Assembly: GCA_046732775.1 (NCBI GenBank)
Contig: JBKPNP010000132.1
Location: forward strand, 738 to 64,737
Direction of reading: 5' to 3'
DNA from: Acidobacteriota bacterium
GTDB taxonomy: Bacteria > Acidobacteriota > Blastocatellia > Pyrinomonadales > Pyrinomonadaceae
DNA: 64,000 nt
Shown: piece by piece, positions 9,541 through 17,906 of the stretch
How the letters are laid out: every line of letters begins with the position of its first letter
Position numbering within the stretch: position 1 is the first letter of the stretch
Position numbers and translations under genes: made by a program
The notes under the pieces: model-generated
What the model saw: the letters and a program-made list of their open reading frames with translations, nothing else
Told to the model about the DNA's origin: nothing
The model's database searches: none

Positions 9541-10467
9541 ATGCCGGACACATCGTACGAATCGCCTTCGCAACCCAAGGTAACGCCAGCCGTTCAATGG
9601 CTGATCGCGGCGAACGTCGGTGTGTACTTCCTCCAGGTCACACTACTCGGCGCCGATAATGTCTTTGGCGCACTCGGTCTCGATCCCGCCCGGTTCCCTG
9701 GTACGTGGTGGACTATTGCGACGTACATGTTCGTACACGGCGGGCTCTGGCATCTCGCGTTCAACATGCTGTCGCTGTGGATGTTCGGTCCGCGAATCGA
9801 ACAGGTCTGGGGCCCTCGCGCATTTCTCTATTTCTATCTCTGGTGTGGCATCGGCGGTGGAATCGCCCATATGCTGCTCGATGGAAACGCGGGACTTGTC
9901 GGTGCTTCGGCAGCGATCATGGGAGTGCTTCTCGCCTATGCGCTTCGCTGGCCTGACGATGAGGTCTATCTCTTCGGCGTGATTCCGATGAAAACGCGCT
10001 GGCTGGTTGTGTGGCTTGCGCTGATCAATCTCGCGATGGGAGTCTCGTCGATTCGCGGCGGCAATGGCATCGCATGGTTTGCACACATCGGCGGACTCGC
10101 ATTTGGATGGGTGTACCTCCGTGTATCTGCTTTCGGCGGGCTCGACAACTTCAGACGCTGGGTGTCACCAACTCCTGACGAGCCCGAAGATGGTTTCCGC
10201 GCAGTTCCGCGAGTGCGTCCGCGAAATCGCGACCGTGGCGAAAGAGCAGAAGGAATCGACGAGGTCGTTGCCAAGAGCAATGCAATCGTGGCAAAGCCGG
10301 CTCGACAGGCAATCGTTCGACGGACTGACAATGCTTCGAACGGGCAGTCTGACGAACGGCTCAATATGGTTCTGGACAAGATCTCGAAGCATGGAATCGA
10401 GAGTCTGACAAGCGAAGAGCTGCGGGTTCTCGAGGAGATGTCCCGCAAGCTGCGAGACAAGAGTTAG
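9541..10467 (+). CDS. Rhomboid family intramembrane serine protease
   Basis: Multi-pass membrane protein with the catalytic GASAAIMG (GxSxxxxG) and downstream AHIGGLAFG His motifs. The soluble C-terminal tail ends ...DKISKHGIESLTSEELRVLEEMSRKLRDKS. Confidence 0.88.
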   Translation: MPDTSYESPSQPKVTPAVQWLIAANVGVYFLQVTLLGADNVFGALGLDPARFPGTWWTIATYMFVHGGLWHLAFNMLSLWMFGPRIEQVWGPRAFLYFYLWCGIGGGIAHMLLDGNAGLVGASAAIMGVLLAYALRWPDDEVYLFGVIPMKTRWLVVWLALINLAMGVSSIRGGNGIAWFAHIGGLAFGWVYLRVSAFGGLDNFRRWVSPTPDEPEDGFRAVPRVRPRNRDRGERAEGIDEVVAKSNAIVAKPARQAIVRRTDNASNGQSDERLNMVLDKISKHGIESLTSEELRVLEEMSRKLRDKS

Positions 10468-10549
10468 CAGAGGGCGACGCCTGACAGGCGTCGCCACGCA
10501 GAGTTAGCAGAGCGCAAGAGGTAGCAGAGACGCGAGAGAGTTAGATTCT
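10455..10549 (+). repeat. Cluster of four AGAGTTAGCAGAG-type repeat copies (10460, 10500, 10517, 10537)
   Basis: Copies read directly: AGAGTTAGCAGAG at 10460-10472 (contains the rhomboid stop TAG at 10465-10467), AGAGTTAGCAGAG at 10500-10512, AGAGGTAGCAGAG at 10517-10529, and AGAGTTAGA at 10537-10545. Confidence 0.8.
10473..10495 (+). terminator. Perfect 9-bp GC-rich hairpin downstream of the rhomboid gene
   Basis: GGCGACGCC-TGACA-GGCGTCGCC. No U-tract follows, so intrinsic terminator function is uncertain. Confidence 0.4.
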
Positions 10550-10555
10550 CTCCCG

Positions 10556-10969
10556 ATGCCAAAGCCTGAGCTCCTCGAAACATTCGCGAATCCATATCCG
10601 GATCGCGATTACGAAATCCACATGGACTGTCACGAGTTCACTTCACTCTGCCCGCTTGGCGGAATCGAGAGTGATGCTGAAGAGCTCGCGCTGTTGAAGG
10701 GCGGCGCGCCGGATTTCGGAATCATCCGCATCACATACAACCCCGGCGAGCTTTGTGTGGAGCTAAAAAGCCTCAAGCTGTATCTGTGGAGCTTCCGGAA
10801 CGACGGGATTTTTTACGAGCGTGCGGTCAACAGAATTTCTGATGATCTCGCCGCCGCGGCGAAACCAAAGTGGATGAAAGTCGTTGGCGACTTCAATCTC
10901 CGCGGCGGGATAAAGTCCATCATCACTGTAGAAACTGGTCGCCAGTCATCCGTCGCCGGTCGCGGGTGA
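10556..10969 (+). CDS. queF: NADPH-dependent 7-cyano-7-deazaguanine (preQ0) reductase, unimodular type
   Basis: Catalytic-Cys motif EFTSLCP and QueF motif ELKSLKLYLWSFRN are present. 137 aa. There is an unusual insertion after the Cys motif (see findings). Confidence 0.85.
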   Translation: MPKPELLETFANPYPDRDYEIHMDCHEFTSLCPLGGIESDAEELALLKGGAPDFGIIRITYNPGELCVELKSLKLYLWSFRNDGIFYERAVNRISDDLAAAAKPKWMKVVGDFNLRGGIKSIITVETGRQSSVAGRG

Positions 10970-11707
10970 ATCGGTATACGCAGAATGAAGGTGAATGGGC
11001 TTCTGGCGTGATTTCCTCAGCTTGAGGTTCAGCACCTCGACGAAGAGCGAGAACGCCATCGCAAAATAGATGTAGCCCTTCGGGATATGGAAATCGAGAG
11101 ATTCCGCAACGAGGCTCACTCCAATCAAAATCAGGAATGAAAGAGCGAGCATCTTGATTGTAGGATGCTTGTCCACAAAACGACTGACAGTTCCCGCGAA
11201 CAACAGCATGAATCCGACAGCGACAATCACGGCTGAGATCATCACGCCGATGTCGTCGGCCATTCCGACTGCCGTGATAACTGAGTCGAGCGAGAAGATT
11301 ATGTCGAGCAGCAGGATCTGAATGATCACCGACGTAAACGATGATGCAACCCGCCCTGAAGAATGACCTTCCTCACCTTCGAGCTGTCCGTGCATTTCGT
11401 GAGTGCTCTTTGCCAGAAGAAACAATCCGCCGAGCAGCAGGATCAGATCGCGGCCGGAGATTTCCTGTTCGAGGATGCTGAAGAGCGGTGAGGTGAGCTT
11501 GATCACCCACGCAATCGAGAGCAGGAGCAGAATTCGAACGAACATTGCGAGCCCGAGTCCAAGACGTCGGGCTTTTTCGCGCTGTTCGACAGGAAGCTTA
11601 CCGGCAAGAATGGAAATGAATACGACGTTGTCGACGCCAAGTACTATCTCGAGTGCAGTGAGAGTGGCGAACGCAATCCAGGCCTGAGGGTCGGTGATCC
11701 AATCCAT
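10946..11707 (-). CDS. TerC family integral membrane protein
   Basis: 253 aa, multi-pass. TerC-like repeated motif LEIVLGVDNVVFI ... LLDIIFSLDSVITAVG. It overlaps the queF 3' end convergently by 24 nt. Confidence 0.85.
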   Translation of the reverse strand: MDWITDPQAWIAFATLTALEIVLGVDNVVFISILAGKLPVEQREKARRLGLGLAMFVRILLLLSIAWVIKLTSPLFSILEQEISGRDLILLLGGLFLLAKSTHEMHGQLEGEEGHSSGRVASSFTSVIIQILLLDIIFSLDSVITAVGMADDIGVMISAVIVAVGFMLLFAGTVSRFVDKHPTIKMLALSFLILIGVSLVAESLDFHIPKGYIYFAMAFSLFVEVLNLKLRKSRQKPIHLHSAYTDSPATGDG

Positions 11708-11731
11708 TCAGTTTGTATTAGAGGATGTGGT

Positions 11732-11863
11732 TTACTTGAAGATTCCGAAATGCCCGAGGATGTACCACAGAATGATGAAGACAATGATACCCATGCAGCC
11801 GCAGCCACCGGTCAGCTTTCGGGCTCCGTAACCAGCGGCAACCCCACGCAACAGCTTGCTCAT
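11732..11863 (-). CDS. Small hydrophobic protein (43 aa), not in ORF track
   Basis: ATG at 11863 is preceded by GGAG at a 5-nt spacing. Translation is MSKLLRGVAAGYGARKLTGGCGCMGIIVFIILWYILGHFGIFK, with one predicted TM helix. It ends 24 nt upstream of the TerC start on the same strand. Confidence 0.45.
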   Translation of the reverse strand: MSKLLRGVAAGYGARKLTGGCGCMGIIVFIILWYILGHFGIFK

Positions 11864-11975
11864 CGATACTCCGTAATAAAGGTAAAGAGTAGCGCGGTGC
11901 AATCGCACGACTCATACCGAGGCATACCAAGGGGTTCCAGCGTTACTGGCGCAGAATTACATTGCGACCTCAAGC

Positions 11976-12048
<73 letters not shown>

Positions 12049-12064
12049 TTCAAGCAATCAAGCA

Positions 12065-13144
12065 ATGAAGATCGGCTTGCTTACCGGCGGCGGCGACGCT
12101 CCCGGACTGAACGCGGTGATCAGAACCGCGGTGCTCTCCGCGATGAACCGCGGATGGGAAGTCGTCGGAATACGCCACGGCTTCGCGGGACTTTTAGGAA
12201 CACCTGATATCATGCCGATGAACCGCTCTACCGTGAGCGGCATCGCCCATCTTGGCGGCACAATCCTCCGCACGACAAACAGAGGAAATCCGCTGCACTT
12301 TCCCGTGCGCGGCGAGGATGGAACAGTCGTCGAAAAGGATTGCTGTGACGAGCTCATCGAGAATGTCAGAAAGCTTGGGATCGATGCGCTAATTGCCATC
12401 GGAGGCGATGGAACGCTCGGCATTGCACTGCAGCTGGTGCGACGCGGTTTGAAAATTGTCGGTGTGCCGAAGACAATCGACAATGACGTCAGCGGTACTG
12501 TCACAACGTTCGGCTTTGACACTGCAGTGAACACTGCAATTGAAGCAATCGACAAGCTGCATACGACTGCAGAGAGTCACGACAGAGTGATCGTGATGGA
12601 AGTAATGGGACGAAATGCAGGATTCATCGCACTGCATGCAGGGCTTGCTGCAACTGCTGATGTAATTCTCATCCCCGAAATTCCGTACGACATCGAGAAG
12701 GTCTGCGCAAAAATTCTCGCTCGTGACAAAGCTGGTCAGAATTTCTCGATTGTAGTTGCAGCCGAAGGCGCGTACTCAAAGAGTGAAGCTGAAGGTCATT
12801 CGACGCACACGATGCAGCATCGAGCAATTCGCGCAGGATCGGTTGCAGAACAGCTTGTCAGTGACATACAGGAGGGAACAGGCAAAGAATGCCGTCTGCT
12901 TGTGCTCGGGCATCTTCAGCGTGGCGGAATGCCGACGGGATACGACCGGCTCCTCGCTGCACGATTTGGTGCTGCTACGATTACTGCGATCCAGAATGAG
13001 AAATGGGGAGAGATGGTTGCGCTGCAGTCGCCAAATCTCGTAACGATTCCCATAGAGGACGTAATCAAGGAAGAAAAACGCGTCGATCTTTCCCACGACG
13101 TAGTGATGGCCGCCCGATTCACGGGAATCAGCCTCGGCGACTGA
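12065..13144 (+). CDS. pfkA: 6-phosphofructokinase (ATP- or PPi-dependent)
   Basis: MKIGLLTGGGDAPGLNAVIR, IGGDGT, PKTIDND and MGRNAG motifs are present. 359 aa. Confidence 0.92.
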   Translation: MKIGLLTGGGDAPGLNAVIRTAVLSAMNRGWEVVGIRHGFAGLLGTPDIMPMNRSTVSGIAHLGGTILRTTNRGNPLHFPVRGEDGTVVEKDCCDELIENVRKLGIDALIAIGGDGTLGIALQLVRRGLKIVGVPKTIDNDVSGTVTTFGFDTAVNTAIEAIDKLHTTAESHDRVIVMEVMGRNAGFIALHAGLAATADVILIPEIPYDIEKVCAKILARDKAGQNFSIVVAAEGAYSKSEAEGHSTHTMQHRAIRAGSVAEQLVSDIQEGTGKECRLLVLGHLQRGGMPTGYDRLLAARFGAATITAIQNEKWGEMVALQSPNLVTIPIEDVIKEEKRVDLSHDVVMAARFTGISLGD

Positions 13145-13157
13145 GGTCGTCGCCCCC

Positions 13158-13177
13158 GGGCGCGGAATCCCGCGCCC
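13158..13177 (+). terminator. GC-rich hairpin downstream of pfkA
   Basis: GGGCGCGG-AATC-CCGCGCCC, an 8-bp perfect stem. No U-tract follows. Confidence 0.35.
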
Positions 13178-13241
13178 CCCGATGGGAACGTTCGTTGCAG
13201 CAGCAGCAACCGAGTATTTACACCGGGGAACTGGAGGGGGC

Positions 13242-13427
13242 GTGGCAGAAATCAGGATTGAAGAGAAAAAACGCGGAGCACCATGGCTGCTGATTCTGCT
13301 CCTGCTCATTGTGGCTGCGATTATCGGATGGTGGTTGTGGTCCAACCGCTCGGCCGGAAGTGACACAACCGGAACTCCAAGCGGAGTAGTTGCGGATTCC
13401 ACAGACTCAGCCAGAAAAACTCCATAG
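13242..13427 (+). CDS. Small single-pass membrane protein (61 aa)
   Basis: GTG at 13242 lies 4-5 nt after GGAGG. The TM helix is WLLILLLLIVAAIIGWWLW. The longer track ORF (from 13182) would overlap the hairpin. Function unknown. Confidence 0.45.
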   Translation: MAEIRIEEKKRGAPWLLILLLLIVAAIIGWWLWSNRSAGSDTTGTPSGVVADSTDSARKTP

Positions 13428-13447
13428 CAGACAACTGGAGGTCGACA

Positions 13448-14065
13448 ATGGCAAAAGACAAGGATTTGAGGCTAGTCCGGCTCGAAGAGCTGAAGGGATT
13501 TCAGGTCGCTGAAGGTGATCCTGATATTCGCGGCTGGGAGGTTCGCACTCCCGACGATCGAAAAGTTGGGAAAGTCGAAGAGCTGATCGTGGATCCGGTT
13601 GAAAGACGAGTGCGATACATGGAAGTGAAAGTCGATCGCAAGGCTCTCGACATCGATGACGACAGACACATTCTCATCCCGATCGGAACCGCACGACTGA
13701 AGGAAGACGGTCATGATGTTCTGATCGAGCGTCTTCCCGCCCAGGGGCTTGCCGGTGTTCCCGTATACGAGCGAGGTCCAATCACTCGCGACTATGAGAC
13801 TTCGCTTCGCAACTATTACGGCGCCACTGCTGTTGACGTACCGGGTGACTACTACAAGGACGAGATCTACGACGACACGCGGCTGTATTCGACAAAGGGT
13901 GATGTCGTCAATTCAGGAGACTCCATTCCAACACCTCGAATTGGAGACAATGAAGTGACTCTTCCTCTCGCAGCGGATCAGGAGATAGTAGTTCGCCGGC
14001 CAGGATCAAATGAGGAGATCCTGATCAAGAAAACGAGAACAGGCGACACAGAAGCGCGCGACTGA
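13448..14065 (+). CDS. PRC-barrel domain protein
   Basis: N-terminal PRC-barrel-like segment LKGFQVAEGDPDIRGWEVRTPDDRKVGKVEELIVDPVERRVRYMEV. 205 aa. Confidence 0.7.
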   Translation: MAKDKDLRLVRLEELKGFQVAEGDPDIRGWEVRTPDDRKVGKVEELIVDPVERRVRYMEVKVDRKALDIDDDRHILIPIGTARLKEDGHDVLIERLPAQGLAGVPVYERGPITRDYETSLRNYYGATAVDVPGDYYKDEIYDDTRLYSTKGDVVNSGDSIPTPRIGDNEVTLPLAADQEIVVRRPGSNEEILIKKTRTGDTEARD

Positions 14066-14086
14066 TAGTTTCGAGCGATTAATCGC

Positions 14087-14121
14087 AAAAGGCCGTCAGA
14101 AACGCTGGCGGCCTTTTGTGT
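14087..14121 (+). terminator. Rho-independent terminator
   Basis: AAAAGGCCGTCAG-AAACG-CTGGCGGCC followed by TTTTGTGTTT. Confidence 0.8.
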
Positions 14122-14142
14122 TTCAGGCGTTATTGTCTCGCC

Positions 14143-14622
14143 ATGAAAGCCCGATACTTCTGGCCGACGCTAGTGTTTGTATATGCTCTGGACTTCGCCA
14201 CCAAACGTCTGGCGGAAACGCATCTCTTGCCGCAGCACATTCCGCATCGTGTAATCGGCGAGCTCGTTCGATTCACGCTCGCCTATAACAAGGATGCCGC
14301 AATGGGACTCTCGCTTGGCGGATATTCCCGCGTGGGATTTACGGTGACTGCGACCGTGATTCTCCTCGTACTCGGCGTGTTGTATCATCGCACAGCCGAG
14401 AGTGACAGAATTTCTGCGCTTGCACTTGGACTGGTTACCGCAGGGGCACTCGGCAACCTGACCGATCGGCTGATGTCGTCACGCGGTGTGGTCGACTTCA
14501 TCGATGTTGGAATCGGGAATGCGCGGTTCTATACATTCAACATTGCCGATGCTGGTGTTACATGCGGCGCAATTCTGCTTGCACTTCTTTCGCTGAGGGG
14601 ATCGACAAAAGGAGGCGCATAA
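14143..14622 (+). CDS. lspA: Lipoprotein signal peptidase (signal peptidase II)
   Basis: YNKDAAMGL, LGNLTDRL, VVDFIDVG and FNIADAGVTCGAILL motifs are present. ATG 14143 is preferred because the TTG at 14116 lies inside the terminator. Confidence 0.88.
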   Translation: MKARYFWPTLVFVYALDFATKRLAETHLLPQHIPHRVIGELVRFTLAYNKDAAMGLSLGGYSRVGFTVTATVILLVLGVLYHRTAESDRISALALGLVTAGALGNLTDRLMSSRGVVDFIDVGIGNARFYTFNIADAGVTCGAILLALLSLRGSTKGGA

Positions 14623-15260
14623 TGCGCAAATGGATTCCGGTCTTGCTCATACTCGCAGCAGTAGCACTATCGATCTTCTACTATCCGCAGCTGCCGGAAA
14701 AAATGCCAACGCACTGGAGTGCGTCAGGTGAAGCGAATGGATTCTCAAATCGCTTATGGGGAGCGTGGATGCTGCCCCTCTTCATGGCTCTGATATGGAT
14801 GATCCTGAGAGCCATTCCGCACATAGATCCGCGAAAGGCGAACTACGAAAAATTCTCCGGCATGTACGACGCGCTGGTGATTCTGATTCTTGCCTTCATG
14901 CTGGTTATGCACGTTGTCGTGCTCATGGCAGCAACAGGAACACCGATTCGGATGGACCGGGTGGTGATGCCGTCTGTCGGCGCCTTCATCGCGATAATGG
15001 GATTCCTGATTCCAAAAGCCCACCCGAACTGGTTTGTTGGAATTCGCACTCCATGGACGCTGACGAGCGATCTCTCGTGGGAGCGCACGCACAAGATCGG
15101 CGGAATGCTTTTCGTGCTGCTTGGCGTGCTGATGGTGGCGTCATCGTTTATCGCGCCTGAAGTTGCAATCTGGGTTCTAAGCGCAGCAGCACTGGCGATA
15201 GTGATTTTCCTTTTCGCGTACTCGTATCAGGTATGGAAGGCGGATCCTTTAAAGCGCTAG
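14622..15260 (+). CDS. SdpI/YhfL family membrane protein (DUF1648-like N-terminus)
   Basis: MRKWIPVLLILAAVALSIFYYPQLPEKMPTHWSASGEANGFSNR followed by multiple TM helices. The start overlaps the lspA stop (TAATG) and follows AAAGGAGG. Confidence 0.7.
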   Translation: MRKWIPVLLILAAVALSIFYYPQLPEKMPTHWSASGEANGFSNRLWGAWMLPLFMALIWMILRAIPHIDPRKANYEKFSGMYDALVILILAFMLVMHVVVLMAATGTPIRMDRVVMPSVGAFIAIMGFLIPKAHPNWFVGIRTPWTLTSDLSWERTHKIGGMLFVLLGVLMVASSFIAPEVAIWVLSAAALAIVIFLFAYSYQVWKADPLKR

Positions 15261-16322
15261 CATAGGCTCGCGGCGGCCTCTCTCGAGATCGAGCAGAAAC
15301 TGCTTTCTCCACAGGCCGCCACCGTAGCCGCAGAGATCGCCGTTCTGACGGACAACTCGATGGCAGGGAATAACGATCGCAATGCGATTGTCGCCGTTGG
15401 CTTTTCCAACGGCGCGTTGCGCACCCAGCCGTCCCATTGCTCGAGCCTGCTGCTCGTAGCTGATGGTCTCGCCATACGGAATCTTCAGCAGCTGTTTCCA
15501 CGCAGCGACCTGGAAATCCGTGCCCTTGATTAGCAGCGGAACGGTAAACTCTATAAGCGAGCCAGTAAAATAATTATCTAACTCCATCTTGAGCTTCTCG
15601 ATGTGCTGGTTGGAGCCGGGGACAGGCCCAGCCCCGAACCACTTCCTGACGCGATCCAGCTGAGTCTCGAGCATCCGCCGATCTGCAAACTCCAGAAGGC
15701 AGATCCCCTCCGATGTTGCACCGGCGATCATCGGACCCATTGGGGTCAGAATTCTCGTCGTCACCACGGCACCCAGCTCCTGTGCACGATTTGGCTTCAC
15801 CTCGAACGTCCGCGAAAAGGCCTCGTGAAAACCGCTCGCTGATTCGAATCCATGCGTATAACCCACCCCTTCCCACTTTTCCCCCTCGCGAATCCTGCCC
15901 AGTGCGAGGCCGAGCCGACGAGCGCGCTGGTAGGCCTGAAAGGTGAGACCATGCGTTTTCAGGAACCACCTGCGCACGCGAGCGGGATCGAGATCCTCGG
16001 CGCGGAGATCTGAATCCTTCCATCTCTTCGAGGGATTCTGTTCGACCTGCTCGATCAGCCTGGAGATCCATTGAGGCGCAGCGCCATCCGGCTGCATTGG
16101 ATGACAGCGCAGACAGGGGCGATAGCCAGCCACAAGAGCGTCCCGAACACTTGGATAGAACTCCACGTTCTCGCGATTCGGTTTCTTCGCCGAGCATGTG
16201 GGGCGACAAAAGATTCCAGTTGTGCGGATCGCTGCGAAGAAGACGCCATCGAACGATCCGTCACGCTCGGCCAGAGCGCGGTACATCGTGTCATTTGAAG
16301 GAAGCGAAGTAGTCGTCGTCAT
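15249..16322 (-). CDS. ada: Bifunctional Ada-type regulator / methylated-DNA-protein-cysteine methyltransferase
   Basis: Ada zinc-site cysteines (FCRPTCSAKKP ... CLRCHP), an AraC-type HTH and the C-terminal MGMT active site IPCHRVV are present. ATG 16322 (MTTTTSLPS...) is preferred. Confidence 0.88.
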   Translation of the reverse strand: MTTTTSLPSNDTMYRALAERDGSFDGVFFAAIRTTGIFCRPTCSAKKPNRENVEFYPSVRDALVAGYRPCLRCHPMQPDGAAPQWISRLIEQVEQNPSKRWKDSDLRAEDLDPARVRRWFLKTHGLTFQAYQRARRLGLALGRIREGEKWEGVGYTHGFESASGFHEAFSRTFEVKPNRAQELGAVVTTRILTPMGPMIAGATSEGICLLEFADRRMLETQLDRVRKWFGAGPVPGSNQHIEKLKMELDNYFTGSLIEFTVPLLIKGTDFQVAAWKQLLKIPYGETISYEQQARAMGRLGAQRAVGKANGDNRIAIVIPCHRVVRQNGDLCGYGGGLWRKQFLLDLERGRREPMLAL

Positions 16323-16430
16323 GGCGATGAATTTAGGCCCGTTTTCAGGGGCTTCCACCGAAAAATGAACACCGAATCCGGCATGATTCGTGTATTTGTA
16401 AGCATGGCTGCAGACTCAAATGGAGGCGAC

Positions 16431-16619
16431 ATGCCAAAGGCAACACACTATCACCAAGTGCACGATGCAACGGTGACCGACAAGAAATTCCGACCTGAGG
16501 ATGAAGGCATATATCAACAGGAGAAGCAGGAGCTTCAGGCTTCAGAGCAGGAAAAGAAATCCGAGCCAATGTCGGAAGATGAATTCATAACTGAACAGGA
16601 CAAGAGAACGGAAGGATGA
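16431..16619 (+). CDS. Small acidic hypothetical protein (62 aa)
   Basis: ATG at 16431 lies 4 nt after GGAGG. The stop overlaps the OmpA-like start (ATGA). The sequence is rich in E, K and Q. Confidence 0.4.
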   Translation: MPKATHYHQVHDATVTDKKFRPEDEGIYQQEKQELQASEQEKKSEPMSEDEFITEQDKRTEG

Positions 16620-17305
16620 ATATGAGATACTTGAACATCAGAGCGACCGTCACGTCGCTTCTCGCGACTGGAATGCTTGTGACATCAGGCTGCGCAAGCA
16701 TGAACCAGAAAGAGCGGGGAGCTGTGATTGGCGCAGGAGCAGGCGCTGCAATCGGCGGAGTGATTGGGAATCAAACAGGATCCACCGCACGCGGCGCGAT
16801 CATCGGCGCAGTGGTTGGAGGAGCCGCCGGTGCGATTATCGGACACCAGATGGACCAGCAGGCGAAGGAGCTCGATCAGTCGATTCCCGGCGCAAAGGTC
16901 GAACGCGTCGGTGAAGGAATCGAGGTCACCTTCGAATCGGGATTGCTGTTCGATTTCGATTCAGACCGGATCAGACCAGATGCCGCGAAGAATTTCCAGG
17001 AGCTTGCGAACAGCCTGCAGAAGTTCGGCAACTCAAATCTCCTGATCGTCGGACATACGGACAGCCAGGGAGAGGATGCATACAACATGAATCTCTCTCA
17101 GCGCCGGGCGAACTCGGCATCGGCGTACCTTCAGTCGCTCGGTGTTCCAGCGAGCCGAATTTCAACAGCAGGTCGTGGCGAGTCGGAACCGGTCGCAAGC
17201 AATGATACAGATGCCGGACGCCAGCTCAATCGCAGAGTTGAAGTAGCGATTTATGCGAGCCCGGAATACAGGGAGCAGGTGAAGAAAAGCTCCAGCGGCC
17301 AGTAG
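16616..17305 (+). CDS. OmpA-family peptidoglycan-binding lipoprotein with glycine-zipper segment
   Basis: Lipobox LVTSGC; glycine zipper GAVIGAGAGAAIGGVIGN...GAIIGAVVGGAAGAIIG; OmpA_C motifs GHTDSQG...NRRVEV. Confidence 0.88.
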   Translation: MNMRYLNIRATVTSLLATGMLVTSGCASMNQKERGAVIGAGAGAAIGGVIGNQTGSTARGAIIGAVVGGAAGAIIGHQMDQQAKELDQSIPGAKVERVGEGIEVTFESGLLFDFDSDRIRPDAAKNFQELANSLQKFGNSNLLIVGHTDSQGEDAYNMNLSQRRANSASAYLQSLGVPASRISTAGRGESEPVASNDTDAGRQLNRRVEVAIYASPEYREQVKKSSSGQ

Positions 17306-17322
17306 CGGAATGTGTTGCAGTT

Positions 17323-17352
17323 GAACACCCCGCCCCAATGGACGGGGTGTTC
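17323..17352 (+). terminator. Hairpin terminator downstream of the OmpA-like gene
   Basis: GAACACCCCG-(10 nt)-CGGGGTGTTC, a perfect 10-bp stem followed by TGCATTT. Confidence 0.6.
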
Positions 17353-17381
17353 TGCATTTACAGGCTTGTGAGTGCATCTTA

Positions 17382-17891
17382 GTGCTCATGGAACGAACAC
17401 GGACGGTAACTTGGGAAGATCCGTCGAAGGGTGTGGAAGCTGCCAGCAGATTGACGGGACTGGAATGGCTGCGCGCAATGGCTCGACGGGATGCGCCACC
17501 ACCACCTCTTGCCGATGTTCTTGGTTTCACGCTCGAGCAGATCGAACCGGGTAATGTGACAGTGACACTGGAGCCGCAGGAGTTTCACTACAATCCGATG
17601 GGAGTATTACACGGCGGTATGGCAGCAACTCTTTTTGATTCATCACTTGGCTGTGCAGTGCAAAGCCTGCTGCCACCGGGATACATCGCACCGACCATGC
17701 AGCTTCAGGTCAGCTATGTGAGACCGGTTACGGTACGGACTGGTAAAGTGTTCTGCACGGGCAAGGTGATTCATATGGGGAAGAAATCAGCGACGGCAGA
17801 AGGCAGGCTCGTCGACAAGGACGGAAAGCTCTACGCGCACTCAACGGGAACGTTCATTCTCACCGGACCCGAAGAGAAAGGCGCGCGCTAG
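17382..17891 (+). CDS. PaaI-family hotdog-fold thioesterase
   Basis: NPMGVLHGGMAATLFDSSLGCAV ... GRLVDKDGKLYAHSTGTF is typical of the PaaI/YdiI hotdog family. 169 aa. Confidence 0.75.
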   Translation: MLMERTRTVTWEDPSKGVEAASRLTGLEWLRAMARRDAPPPPLADVLGFTLEQIEPGNVTVTLEPQEFHYNPMGVLHGGMAATLFDSSLGCAVQSLLPPGYIAPTMQLQVSYVRPVTVRTGKVFCTGKVIHMGKKSATAEGRLVDKDGKLYAHSTGTFILTGPEEKGAR

Positions 17892-17906
17892 CTCAGGCAG
17901 TAATTC

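Noticed and set aside
10496-10555. Possible preQ1 riboswitch in the queF leader (AGAGGTAGC... and a GAGAG/CTCTC hairpin just before the start codon).
   Set aside because: It resembles the start of the Bacillus preQ1-I aptamer only superficially. The A-rich 3' tail needed for the pseudoknot and the conserved loop residues are absent. The similarity comes from the AGAGTTAGCAGAG repeat itself. An Infernal scan would settle it.
11864-11975. yybP-ykoY (Mn2+) riboswitch upstream of the TerC-family gene, suggested by AAAGAGTAGCGCGG, which resembles the conserved GGGGAGUAGC.
   Set aside because: The motif is on the plus strand, whereas the TerC gene and its leader are on the minus strand. The minus-strand leader shows no matching conserved elements. 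The plus-strand context is just upstream of tRNA-Phe.
14622-15260. SdpI-like immunity protein as a sign of a toxin-immunity (SdpC-type) locus.
   Set aside because: There is no SdpC-like toxin or SdpR regulator nearby. The gene is translationally coupled to housekeeping lspA. The family is widespread as a generic membrane protein.
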